From an uncultured virus (IMG/VR IMGVR_UViG_3300008262_000183) (lineage: Duplodnaviria > Heunggongvirae > Uroviricota > Caudoviricetes): 64,000 bases of DNA. Positions 19,719-29,103 of the stretch are shown piece by piece. The number at the start of each line of letters is the position of its first letter. Position 1 is the stretch's first letter. Position numbers and translations under genes: made by a program. A model generated the notes under the pieces. That model was given only the letters and a program-made list of their open reading frames with translations. It was not told the DNA's origin and did not search any database. The stretch lies in the IMG/VR virus record IMGVR_UViG_3300008262_000183; one strand, 5' to 3'.

Positions 19719-20070
19719 TTTCTTTTTCCATACTCAACTACAATTAAAGGTGCTTCACTGGCAAACTAAAGGGTATGCTAGACATAAAGCATTTGGCGAA
19801 ACATACGAAACTTTAGAAGGGCTTATTGACGAATATGTTGAGGTGTGTATGGGTAAACATGGTAGATTTATTTTACAAGAACAAAACAAAACCATTACAA
19901 TTGAAAATTTACCGGAAGTAGATATTGTTGAGTTTTTACAAAAAACAAAAACAGCTTTAATTGGCATATCAAAAGACCTTTCAGCACAATCTGATACAGA
20001 TTTATTAAATTTAAGGGACGAAATGTTAGCTTCAATCAATAAATTAGCTTATCTTTTGACTTTAGAGTAA
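19690..20070 (+). CDS. Ferritin/Dps-like four-helix protein (DUF5856-like)
   Basis: LHWQTKGYARHKAFGETY..L..LIDEYVE resembles the Dps HW...H...Y...D...E motif. Confidence 0.7.
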   Translation: MNKNLDSNINFFFHTQLQLKVLHWQTKGYARHKAFGETYETLEGLIDEYVEVCMGKHGRFILQEQNKTITIENLPEVDIVEFLQKTKTALIGISKDLSAQSDTDLLNLRDEMLASINKLAYLLTLE

Positions 20071-20090
20071 AGAAAAAAAAATATTTAAAA

Positions 20091-20124
20091 AAAGAGACCC
20101 AGATTTTTTTATCTGGGTTTTTTT
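20091..20124 (+). terminator. Intrinsic terminator (bidirectional-type)
   Basis: AGACCCAGAT-TTTTTT-ATCTGGGTTT flanked by A- and T-runs. Confidence 0.75.
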
Positions 20125-20168
20125 ATTTATCTTATCCTAAGATTATTAACAATTTTAAATTAAAAACT

Positions 20169-21020
20169 ATGTCTAACGTATTAGAAGCAGCATTGGCGCA
20201 GTATGAAAAAAATACTCAGTCAAGCAGTTCAGCGCAAAAAATCAGCTCTGAAGAAAGATTAAAAATGTATTTCGCTGCAATCCTCCCAAAGGGACAAACA
20301 AGCGGAATGAAAAGGATTAGAATTCTACCTCCACTAGAAGGTCAACAAGTGTTTTGGACCGAAAAATATTTCCACGAAGTTCAGGTGGATAAAAAATGGG
20401 TAAAATTGTACGATCCTGCACAAGATGGTGAAAAATCCCCATTAAATGAGGTTGGTGATGCACTAAGAATGACTGGTAGTGAAGCAGATAAGAAACTTGC
20501 TGGCCAGTATCGTTCAAGAAAGTTCTATATTTTCCGTGTTATCGACAGGGACAATGAGCAAGATGGTGTTAAATTCTGGAGAATTAAGCATAGTCTTAAA
20601 AGTGATGGAGCTTATAATAAGATTATGGATGTCATGAAGGCTAAAAGAGAAGACATCACAGATCCAGAAACAGGTAGAGATTTGACTCTTACTTTAAATG
20701 TTTTGAAGAATCCTCTTGGCGGTGAATACACTGCAATTACAAGTGTAATTCCTGATGATAAATCGCCATTAAGTGAAAACAAAGAACAAAAAGAACTTTG
20801 GTTATCAAACACACTTACTTGGCAAGATGCGTATTCCAAAAAACCTATTGAATATCTTCAGGGTGTTGCTGAGGGGTATGTTCCTAAATGGAATGACAAA
20901 CTGAAAAAGTTTGTTTATGGTGAAGAAGCAGAAGCAATGATGGGTGGCGGATCTAGCACAAGTGCTGAACTACCAGACCCACAAGAAGATGCGGATACTG
21001 ACGAGAATCTTCCGTTCTAA
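20169..21020 (+). CDS. Single-stranded DNA-binding protein (T4 gp32-like)
   Basis: RIRILP, VIDRDNEQDGVKFW, DITDPETGRDL and an acidic tail ending DENLPF. Confidence 0.8.
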   Translation: MSNVLEAALAQYEKNTQSSSSAQKISSEERLKMYFAAILPKGQTSGMKRIRILPPLEGQQVFWTEKYFHEVQVDKKWVKLYDPAQDGEKSPLNEVGDALRMTGSEADKKLAGQYRSRKFYIFRVIDRDNEQDGVKFWRIKHSLKSDGAYNKIMDVMKAKREDITDPETGRDLTLTLNVLKNPLGGEYTAITSVIPDDKSPLSENKEQKELWLSNTLTWQDAYSKKPIEYLQGVAEGYVPKWNDKLKKFVYGEEAEAMMGGGSSTSAELPDPQEDADTDENLPF

Positions 21021-21027
21021 TAATTAA

Positions 21028-21064
21028 AGACATTCTCAAGGGTGCATAGCCTTTGAGAATGTTT
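21028..21064 (+). other. Long intergenic hairpin between the SSB and recombinase genes
   Basis: AGACATTCTCAAGGG-TGCATAG-CCTTTGAGAATGTTT, with no strong U-tract. Confidence 0.65.
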
Positions 21065-21082
21065 AAAATAAAAAAATATAAA

Positions 21083-22114
21083 ATGGCTATTAAAAAACAA
21101 AATTTCGCAATTTCAAGTATCGCATCAAAATACTCTAGTTTAACTAAGTATAAACCAGACCGCTTTTTAGATTTGGGTGATGCTTTTCTTGATGCGACCG
21201 GTTTACCAGGACCGGCGATGGGGCATATTAACATGTTCTTAGGCCATTCTGATACCGGTAAAACAACGGCACTTTTAGCTGCTGCTGCGGATGCAATTAA
21301 GAAAGGTATTTTACCAATTTTCATAATTACTGAACAAAAATTTGATTTTGATCATGCAAATATTATGGGAATTCCGGTTGTTAAGGAAGTAGATCAAGCC
21401 ACTGGCGAAGTCACATATTCTGGAGATTTCATTTTCAAAAATGATTTCGAATATATTGAGCAGATTACCGATTTCATAAATGAAATGCTTGATTTGCAAG
21501 AGAAGGGTGAATTACCATATGATATTTTATTTTTATGGGATTCTGTTGGATCTGTACCATGTAAAATGACATGGGAAGGCAAGGGTGGTAAACAGCACAA
21601 TGCATCTGTATTATCAGATAAAATTGGTATGGGTATCAACCAGAGAATTTCTGGTTCAAGAAGAGCAGACAAGCCTCATACAAACACATTGATTATCGTT
21701 AACCAACCTTGGGTTGAATTACCAGATAATCCATTTGGCCAGCCTAAAATTAAGGCTAAAGGTGGTGAGTCAATCTGGTTAAACTCTACGTTAGTTTTTA
21801 GATTTGGAAATGAAAAGAATTCTGGCATCACCAAAATTTCTATCACAAAAAATAAGAGAACTATTACAATTGCTACCAGAAGTAAAATATCTGTTATGAA
21901 AAATCACGTTAACGGTATTGCGTTTGCTGATGGTAAAATAATGGTTACGCCACATGGATTCATGATGGCAAAAGAAGCGGCTGAAGAGAAAAAATCCAGA
22001 GAAGATTATGTAAAAAATAATTTGGATTATATCAGCTCACTATTTGAAGAGAGAGTTTCAGACGTTGGAGAAATCAAGTTTGAAGACACTCCAGAAGAAG
22101 ACAACGAAGATTGA
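21083..22114 (+). CDS. uvsX: RecA/UvsX-like recombinase
   Basis: Walker A GHSDTGKT, Walker B LFLWDSVG, IIVNQ and KGG. Start placed at ATG 21083. Confidence 0.9.
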   Translation: MAIKKQNFAISSIASKYSSLTKYKPDRFLDLGDAFLDATGLPGPAMGHINMFLGHSDTGKTTALLAAAADAIKKGILPIFIITEQKFDFDHANIMGIPVVKEVDQATGEVTYSGDFIFKNDFEYIEQITDFINEMLDLQEKGELPYDILFLWDSVGSVPCKMTWEGKGGKQHNASVLSDKIGMGINQRISGSRRADKPHTNTLIIVNQPWVELPDNPFGQPKIKAKGGESIWLNSTLVFRFGNEKNSGITKISITKNKRTITIATRSKISVMKNHVNGIAFADGKIMVTPHGFMMAKEAAEEKKSREDYVKNNLDYISSLFEERVSDVGEIKFEDTPEEDNED

Positions 22115-22143
22115 TTGTTTAACATTTTAACTTAAAAGACGTA

Positions 22144-23166
22144 ATGTCTAATGTATTATTAGTTGATGGAGATAATCTATTAACTATTGGGTTTCACGGG
22201 TTGAAAAACCACTATTATAAAGGAAAACACATCGGTGGTATCTACCACTTTATAAACACGTTAAGAAGATGTTTTGAAGCCTTTAAATTAGACAAAATTT
22301 GTGTTTTTTGGGATGGTAAAGATGGATCTCTTTCTAGAAAGAAAATTTATCACCTCTATAAAGAAAATAGAAGGACAAGGGTAAAAACTGAGGAAGAGAT
22401 CCAATCTTACCAATATCAAAGAGAAAGATTAAAACAATACTTAGAAGAGCTTTATATAAGACAAGGCGAATTTGAATATTGTGAATCTGATGATTGTATA
22501 GCATTCTATACTCAAAACTCTCCAAAAGAAAAAAAATTCATATTTTCCTCTGACAGGGATTTAATGCAACTTATTTCCGAAAACGTTTCATTATATAACC
22601 CTGCTCACCAAAAAGTATATAACTCAAATGACCTAGTAGAATATGATAAAGAAAATATCATAGTTGAAAATGTCAAATTAGTTAAAATACTATGTGGTGA
22701 TCCATCTGATAACATTTATGGTATCAGAAACTTAGGATTAAAACGACTGATTTCCCTATTTCCAGAAATACGTGACAAAAAATTAACCCTAAGCGAAGTT
22801 AGGGAAATGGGTAACGTATTGTTTCAACAGGACAAAGAAAATAAATTAATTCAGAATTTCCTAACTGGTGTTACCAAATTAGGGGTATTTGGAGACGAAT
22901 TCTTTGATATCAACAACCAAATTGTATCATTAGACGAACCAATTTTAACGGAGCAAGCTAAACAAGACATCATAAGTCTTATAAACGAAAATCTAGATTC
23001 AGAAGGAAGGTCATATAAAAACACAATGAAAATGATGATGGAAGATGGTATTTTTACTTTATTACCAAAAGGCGAAGATGCCTGGATAAACTTCTTAAAT
23101 CCTTTCTTAAGATTAACTAGAATAGAAAAAAATAAACAAATAATAAAATTCAAAATTAAAAAGTAA
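22144..23166 (+). CDS. 5'-3' exonuclease / flap endonuclease (T4 RNase H-like)
   Basis: LLVDGDNL, YKENR, ESDDCIA, SSDRDL.QL and GDPSDNI.GI..LG.K. Confidence 0.9.
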   Translation: MSNVLLVDGDNLLTIGFHGLKNHYYKGKHIGGIYHFINTLRRCFEAFKLDKICVFWDGKDGSLSRKKIYHLYKENRRTRVKTEEEIQSYQYQRERLKQYLEELYIRQGEFEYCESDDCIAFYTQNSPKEKKFIFSSDRDLMQLISENVSLYNPAHQKVYNSNDLVEYDKENIIVENVKLVKILCGDPSDNIYGIRNLGLKRLISLFPEIRDKKLTLSEVREMGNVLFQQDKENKLIQNFLTGVTKLGVFGDEFFDINNQIVSLDEPILTEQAKQDIISLINENLDSEGRSYKNTMKMMMEDGIFTLLPKGEDAWINFLNPFLRLTRIEKNKQIIKFKIKK

Positions 23167-23169
23167 ACT

Positions 23170-23628
23170 ATGAACACAGTAAAATCAGCAAACGATGAAA
23201 TGAACAAATTTGAGTTCCTTTTAACACTTGATGGGAACATTATTTGTCAAAGGTATTTTTTTGTTAGGGACCATAACCCCAAAACAAAAAGATCTATGGA
23301 CCTACATTATGAGGTAAAAAATATTTGTGAAAAAATTTCAGAAGATTTGAAAATAAAAAGTTCTAATTTTCTGGTTGAAAATCAAGATATTTTCTTTAAT
23401 ACTGAATATGTGGAAGATCCTAATGAGAGAGATGAACAATATTTTTTGTTACAAATTAAGCATCTTGATGATGTATTTATTGAAAGGATTTTCGCCGCTC
23501 ATTACTATCCGCCTAAGGTTAGATATACGGTAGACATCAGACCGATGTTAAAGAGAGTTCTAAATGATTTAACTGAAATATTGTCATTGAAAAGACCGGA
23601 CATGACATATCTTCAGTACCAACTTTAA
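23170..23628 (+). CDS. Hypothetical protein in the replication cluster
   Basis: A 152 aa ORF tightly packed between the exonuclease and helicase genes. Confidence 0.7.
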   Translation: MNTVKSANDEMNKFEFLLTLDGNIICQRYFFVRDHNPKTKRSMDLHYEVKNICEKISEDLKIKSSNFLVENQDIFFNTEYVEDPNERDEQYFLLQIKHLDDVFIERIFAAHYYPPKVRYTVDIRPMLKRVLNDLTEILSLKRPDMTYLQYQL

Positions 23629-23652
23629 TTTACTAACTATAAAAATTATTTA

Positions 23653-25056
23653 ATGACTGAGAAAAATTTTGGGGCACTAGGTGCTGAGTATCAAACGTCC
23701 CTTTTAAAAATTATTATTGAAGATAAAAAATTTGCTGAGACAATTATTGATGTAATTGAGCCGTCATATTTTGACAACAATTCTTTTAAATTTATAATTA
23801 AGAATTTAAAAGAATGGAATGAGAATTTTAAATCATTCCCATCTTACGATGCTCTTAAGCAAAAAATACAATCAGAGAATTCTAGCGATACTGTTTTAAG
23901 ATCAAACATTGATACTTTAGACGCTATTAAAAAACACGAGTTAGCCGGTGGTGACATAAATTTCACAAAGGAAAAAGCTTATAATTTCTGTAAACAACAA
24001 GTTTTGAAAAAAGCTTTGAAAGAAGTTGAAAGTATCACTGTTAGCGGTGAGTTTGAAGAATATCATAAGATTGAAAAAATTATACAGAAGGCTCTTCAGG
24101 TTGGGGTAACAAATGATGAGCTGCAGGATGTTTTTGAAAATATTGGAGATGCCCTTAAAGCTGACTCTAGAAACCCAATTCCAACAGGAATACTTGGACT
24201 AGACAACTGTCTAAAGGGTGGTTTAGGTAGAGGTGAACTTGGTGTAGTATTAGCGCCAACTGGTACTGGTAAGACAACAATGTTAACTAAGATATCTAAC
24301 ACAGCGTATAATACCGGGTTTAATGTTGTTCAAATATTCTTTGAAGACAACATTAATAATATTAAGAAAAAGCATTATACGATATGGACTGGTATTTCGC
24401 CAGATGGGCAAATAGAAAATCCAGAAGAAACCATGAAATTGGTTGAAGAGGCTCAAACAAGATCTGCCGGACAAATAAAATTGCTTAAATTGCCTAGCGA
24501 TTCTATTACAATTTCTGAAATTAAATCAAAATTGAGAAAGCTTATGGCAGATGGGTTTAGAATAGATTTATTAACTTTGGATTATGTTGATTGCATTACA
24601 CCTGAAAGAAGCACACATGGTGAAGAATGGAAAGGTGAGGGGTCTATTATGAGATCTTTAGAGGCAATGACATCAGAGTTTGATATCGCTATTTGGACAG
24701 CAACACAAGGTAATCGTGAATCTATTTCATCTGAGGTGGTTACCACAGATCAAATGGGTGGTTCAATTAAAAAAGCACAGATTGGCCATGTGGTAGTTTC
24801 AATAGCAAAAACCCTTGAACAAAAAGAGCACAACTTGGCAACAATAACTTTATTAAAATCTAGAATAGGTAGAGATGGTGTTATTTTTAGTAATTCTAAA
24901 TTTGACAATGAGTATCTTGATATTGATACTGATTCACAAAACACCTTACTAGGTTTCAAAGAGGATAAAGAAGTTGAAAATAGAGAAAGAATAAAAAAGG
25001 CTCTTGAATACAAAGAGAAAGTCACCAATCAGACTAGAAAATCAGTTAACAACTAA
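23653..25056 (+). CDS. Replicative DNA helicase (DnaB/T4 gp41-like)
   Basis: [32 protein letters not shown] and LKSRIG. Confidence 0.9.
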   Translation: MTEKNFGALGAEYQTSLLKIIIEDKKFAETIIDVIEPSYFDNNSFKFIIKNLKEWNENFKSFPSYDALKQKIQSENSSDTVLRSNIDTLDAIKKHELAGGDINFTKEKAYNFCKQQVLKKALKEVESITVSGEFEEYHKIEKIIQKALQVGVTNDELQDVFENIGDALKADSRNPIPTGILGLDNCLKGGLGRGELGVVLAPTGTGKTTMLTKISNTAYNTGFNVVQIFFEDNINNIKKKHYTIWTGISPDGQIENPEETMKLVEEAQTRSAGQIKLLKLPSDSITISEIKSKLRKLMADGFRIDLLTLDYVDCITPERSTHGEEWKGEGSIMRSLEAMTSEFDIAIWTATQGNRESISSEVVTTDQMGGSIKKAQIGHVVVSIAKTLEQKEHNLATITLLKSRIGRDGVIFSNSKFDNEYLDIDTDSQNTLLGFKEDKEVENRERIKKALEYKEKVTNQTRKSVNN

Positions 25057-25072
25057 AATTAAAACAAATATT

Positions 25073-26044
25073 ATGACCGAGAAGATTTTAATCGACAATC
25101 CCGGACGCTTCGTCCTTTTCCCAATTGAACATCATGATTTATGGAAACTTTATAAACAGCAAGAAGCGTGTTTTTGGACTGCAGAAGAAATTGATTTGCA
25201 GCAAGACACCTATGACTGGGAAAATAAATTGAATGCCGATGAGCAACATTTTGTTAAACATGTATTAGCTTTCTTCGCGGCATCAGATGGTATTGTTAAC
25301 GAGAATATCGCAATGAACTTTGTTAACGCCGTTCAATATACTGAAGCTAAAATGTTTTATGGCTTTCAGATTATGATGGAAAACATTCACAGTGAGACAT
25401 ATTCATTGTTGATTGATACATACATCAAGGATAAAGAAGAACAAAATAAATTATTTAATGCCATTGAAACTGTTCCAGCTATTAAAAGAAAAGCTGAATG
25501 GGCATTAAGATACATTGAAAAGGGAACCTTTGTTGAAAGGCTTATTGCTTTTGCTGCAGTTGAAGGAATTTTCTTTTCTGGATCTTTCTGTGCTATTTTC
25601 TGGTTAAAGAAAAGAGGGCTAATGCCAGGATTAACATTCTCTAATGAATTGATTTCTCGTGACGAAGGGATGCATTGTGATTTTGCTTGTCACTTGTTTA
25701 ATCATCATATTGAAAATAAATTAACACAGCAACAGGTTAGAGATATTATTTGTGGTGCATTAGAGATTGAAAAAGAATTCATTCTTGAAGCATTACCAGT
25801 AAGACTTATTGGTATGAACTCAGATTTAATGGCTCAGTATCTTGAATTTGTTACAGATAGATTATTGGTGGCATTAGGTGTTCCTAAAGTTTATAATTCA
25901 GAAAATCCATTTGATTTTATGCAAAATATTGCTTTACAAGGAAAAACTAATTTCTTTGAAAAGAGAGTTGCTGAATATCAAAAAGCTGGAGTTAATAATG
26001 CTGCAGAAGATTTAAGTTCTGCATTTGGTGATCTTGATTTTTAA
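25073..26044 (+). CDS. nrdB: Ribonucleotide reductase class Ia beta subunit
   Basis: [35 protein letters not shown] and SRDEGMH. Confidence 0.95.
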   Translation: MTEKILIDNPGRFVLFPIEHHDLWKLYKQQEACFWTAEEIDLQQDTYDWENKLNADEQHFVKHVLAFFAASDGIVNENIAMNFVNAVQYTEAKMFYGFQIMMENIHSETYSLLIDTYIKDKEEQNKLFNAIETVPAIKRKAEWALRYIEKGTFVERLIAFAAVEGIFFSGSFCAIFWLKKRGLMPGLTFSNELISRDEGMHCDFACHLFNHHIENKLTQQQVRDIICGALEIEKEFILEALPVRLIGMNSDLMAQYLEFVTDRLLVALGVPKVYNSENPFDFMQNIALQGKTNFFEKRVAEYQKAGVNNAAEDLSSAFGDLDF

Positions 26045-26059
26045 AATATTATAAATAAA

Positions 26060-28492
26060 ATGAAAGTATTAAAAAGAGACGGTTCCTTAGAGGAAATGAG
26101 ATATGATAAGATAACTAGAAGAATAGGCGCTTTGTGTGAAGACTTAAATCTAGAATACATTGACCCAACATATATTACATTAAAAGTTACTCAAGGGATA
26201 TATGACGGTATTTCAACAACAGAGTTAGATGTATTAGCTTCAGAAACTGCAGCATCTATGACAACAGTACATCCAGATTATGCTAGATTAGCTGGTAGGC
26301 TGGCTGTTACAAATTTACATAAAACAACACCCAAGAAGTTTTCACAGTCAATAAGAGAACTTCACTCATTTGTTGAACCAAAAACAAACAAAGAGTCATC
26401 ATTAATTGATGACAATGTTTACAAATTTGTTATGGAAAACAAAGACGTTTTGGATGGTGCGATTGTTATAACAAGAGATTTTGACTTTGATTATTTTGGA
26501 TTCAAAACGTTAGAACGTTCATATCTTTTGAAAATTGGTGAACGTGTTGTTGAAAGACCACAATATCTATACATGCGTGTTGCAGTTGGTATTTGTAATG
26601 GTGATTTACAAATGGCTTTAAGAATTTATGATGATTTATCACAACATTTTTATACACACGCAACACCAACATTATTTAATGCCGGAACACGTAGACCACA
26701 AATGTCTTCTTGTTTCTTAATTGGTAACAAAGGTGATGATATCGATGGATTATTTGATACAATCAAAGACGTTGCCAAGATTTCTAAATGGGCTGGAGGT
26801 ATTGGTTTGCACGTTCATGATGTGCGAGCTAAAGGTGCATACATTAAAGGAACTGGAGGAATGTCAGATGGATTATTACCAATGTTGAAAACATATAATG
26901 AGGTTGCTCGTTGGATTAATCAAGGTGGTAAGAGAAAAGGTTCTTTTGCGATTTATCTTGAACCATGGCATTCAGATGTTTTTGAATTTATTGACCTAAG
27001 AAAAAATCATGGTAAGGAAGAATTAAGGGCAAGGGATTTGTTCCTTGCAATGTGGACACCGGATTTATTTATGCAACGCGTAGAATCAGATGGTGATTGG
27101 TCATTATTTTCTCCAGATGAGGCGCCAGGATTGTCTGATGCATATGATTCACCAGAAAATAAAGCATTTACTAAGCTTTATGAACAGTATGAGCAAGAAG
27201 GTAAAGCAAGAAAGGTTATTAAGGCTAGAAAATTGATGGATGCAATTTTAACTGCTCAAATCGAAACTGGTACACCTTATATGCTGTATAAAGATCCAGC
27301 TAATTATAAATCAAATCAAAAGAATTTAGGCACAATTAAATCTTCAAATTTGTGTACCGAAATTATTGAATATAGTTCGCCAACTGAACAAGCCGTTTGT
27401 AATTTAGCATCAATTGCATTACCAAAATATGTTGTTGATGGTGAATTTAATCACGATCTACTTTATGAATACACATATCAAGTTGTTAAAAACTTGAATA
27501 ATGTTATTGATTTGAATTTCTATCCAACAGAAGAGACAAAAAGATCTAATTTTAAACATAGACCAGTTGGTTTGGGTATTCAAGGATTGGCAGATGTATT
27601 CTGTATGTTGGATATTCCATTTGAAAGTGATGAAGCAGATAAATTGCAAACAGACATATTCGAAACAATTTATTTTGCCGCAATGACATCTTCTAAAGAT
27701 ATATCTAAAGAGGTTGGTCCATATGAATCAATATCAGGGGCGCCAATTGAAAAAGGCGTTTTCCAATTTGAAATGTGGGGTAAAACAGACAAAGAATTAT
27801 CTGGTCGTTGGGATTGGAAAAGTCTAAGAAAAGAGGTTGTTAAATTTGGTGTTAGAAACTCATTACTCGTTGCACCAATGCCAACAGCGTCAACCGCCCA
27901 AATTTTGGGTAACAACGAAGCGTTTGAGCCATTTACAACAAATCTATACTCAAGAAGAACACTTGGTGGTGAATTCATTGTTGTAAACAAACACCTAGTT
28001 AAAAAATTGATGTCTCTTAATTTGTGGAACGAGGATATTAAAAAGAAACTAATTCTTGAAAATGGTTCGGTACAAAATATTCCAGAAATACCTACAGATG
28101 TTAAAGAAGTTTACAAAACCGTTTGGGAGATGTCACAAAAAAGATTACTACAAATGGCAGCAAATAGATCTATTTTTATTGATCAATCACAATCATTGAA
28201 TTTATTTATTGCTGATGCAACTAAACCAAAACTTCTTGCCGCTCATTTATTTGGCTGGAAAATGGGATTAAAAACTGGTATGTACTATCTGAGAACAAGA
28301 TCGGCTGTAGATCCGTTAAAAGGATTAGGAATTGATACTTCAGCTAATAAACCTGTTGAGCAAGTACAACAAACGGTATCATATTCAACGCCAACGAATA
28401 ACGCAATTATAAGTGAAGAAACACCTGAGCTTATTATGACAGCACAAAGACCTACAGATTCACCTTTTGAGTGTGAAGGATGTGGTTCATAA
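26060..28492 (+). CDS. nrdA: Ribonucleotide reductase class Ia alpha subunit with ATP cone
   Basis: N-terminal VLKRDG ATP cone, ATPTLFNAG, SSCF, SNLCTE, PMPTASTAQ, KTGMYY and C-terminal CEGC. Confidence 0.97.
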   Translation: MKVLKRDGSLEEMRYDKITRRIGALCEDLNLEYIDPTYITLKVTQGIYDGISTTELDVLASETAASMTTVHPDYARLAGRLAVTNLHKTTPKKFSQSIRELHSFVEPKTNKESSLIDDNVYKFVMENKDVLDGAIVITRDFDFDYFGFKTLERSYLLKIGERVVERPQYLYMRVAVGICNGDLQMALRIYDDLSQHFYTHATPTLFNAGTRRPQMSSCFLIGNKGDDIDGLFDTIKDVAKISKWAGGIGLHVHDVRAKGAYIKGTGGMSDGLLPMLKTYNEVARWINQGGKRKGSFAIYLEPWHSDVFEFIDLRKNHGKEELRARDLFLAMWTPDLFMQRVESDGDWSLFSPDEAPGLSDAYDSPENKAFTKLYEQYEQEGKARKVIKARKLMDAILTAQIETGTPYMLYKDPANYKSNQKNLGTIKSSNLCTEIIEYSSPTEQAVCNLASIALPKYVVDGEFNHDLLYEYTYQVVKNLNNVIDLNFYPTEETKRSNFKHRPVGLGIQGLADVFCMLDIPFESDEADKLQTDIFETIYFAAMTSSKDISKEVGPYESISGAPIEKGVFQFEMWGKTDKELSGRWDWKSLRKEVVKFGVRNSLLVAPMPTASTAQILGNNEAFEPFTTNLYSRRTLGGEFIVVNKHLVKKLMSLNLWNEDIKKKLILENGSVQNIPEIPTDVKEVYKTVWEMSQKRLLQMAANRSIFIDQSQSLNLFIADATKPKLLAAHLFGWKMGLKTGMYYLRTRSAVDPLKGLGIDTSANKPVEQVQQTVSYSTPTNNAIISEETPELIMTAQRPTDSPFECEGCGS

Positions 28493-28493
28493 G

Positions 28494-28562
28494 ATAATGG
28501 GTGGTGCCCCTTGAGTACCCAGGACTTGAGAATATAGGGCGCAAATATCAAGTCACTATTAT
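28494..28562 (+). ncRNA. Candidate structured RNA (three-way junction with kissing loops) in the nrdA 3' UTR
   Basis: Stems GGGTG/TACCC and GACTTGA/TCAAGTC, complementary loop segments GTGCCC and GGGCGC, closed by ATAAT/ATTAT. Confidence 0.5.
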
Positions 28563-28572
28563 TGCGACACTT

Positions 28573-28609
28573 ATCGCGACATTTTTTTAGGAAAGTGTCG
28601 CGATTTTTT
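28573..28609 (+). terminator. Intrinsic terminator after nrdA
   Basis: ATCGCGACATTTT...AAAGTGTCGCGAT followed by TTTTT. Confidence 0.8.
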
Positions 28610-28646
28610 ATTTATATCTATTTTCTTATTGTTTATATTTATAGTT

Positions 28647-29102
28647 ATGAGTTCAAAATACGGTATAGATTTTCCATTTAGAGATAGTTTCGTAGGAGAC
28701 TATGTAAGAATGACTCAATCAGTAGACGAGGAAGTTCGTGCAAATCTTGTTCACTTACTTTTAACGAGAAAGGGTAGTAGATATTTCTTACCCGATTTTG
28801 GCACTAGATTGTATGAGTATATTTTTGAACCAAACGATTCTGTAACTTATTCAAATATTGAAGAAGATATTAGAGAAACTGTTGCAGCATATATACCAAA
28901 TTTAGAAATAAATTCAATAAAAATAACGAATCCGGAAATAGAGTCAGAAGACTCTTCGTCTTCTGTTAAAGAAGAACAAGATAGTAGATTATTTAGAATA
29001 GGAAGTTCTTCAACAAAGCCTTATACAGCAAAAATAAGAATTGATTATACAACAAATAATTCAACTTTTGTCACTTCAGATTTTATAATTATCAATATAT
29101 AA
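28647..29102 (+). CDS. Baseplate wedge protein (T4 gp25-like)
   Basis: GIDFPF and NLVHLLLTRKGSRYFLPDFGTRLYEYIFEP. Confidence 0.9.
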   Translation: MSSKYGIDFPFRDSFVGDYVRMTQSVDEEVRANLVHLLLTRKGSRYFLPDFGTRLYEYIFEPNDSVTYSNIEEDIRETVAAYIPNLEINSIKITNPEIESEDSSSSVKEEQDSRLFRIGSSSTKPYTAKIRIDYTTNNSTFVTSDFIIINI

Positions 29103-29103
29103 T

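Noticed and set aside
25004..25072. Upstream extensions in the ORF track (nrdB 25004, uvsX 21053, 18803, 28629, 55083, 62058)
   Set aside because: They start at non-ATG codons that overlap genes, hairpins or promoters. The downstream ATGs fit better.
28494..28562. tRNA, hammerhead ribozyme or purine riboswitch
   Set aside because: No cloverleaf or T-loop, no CUGANGA/GAAA core and no purine-aptamer junction consensus. Kept as an unknown RNA.
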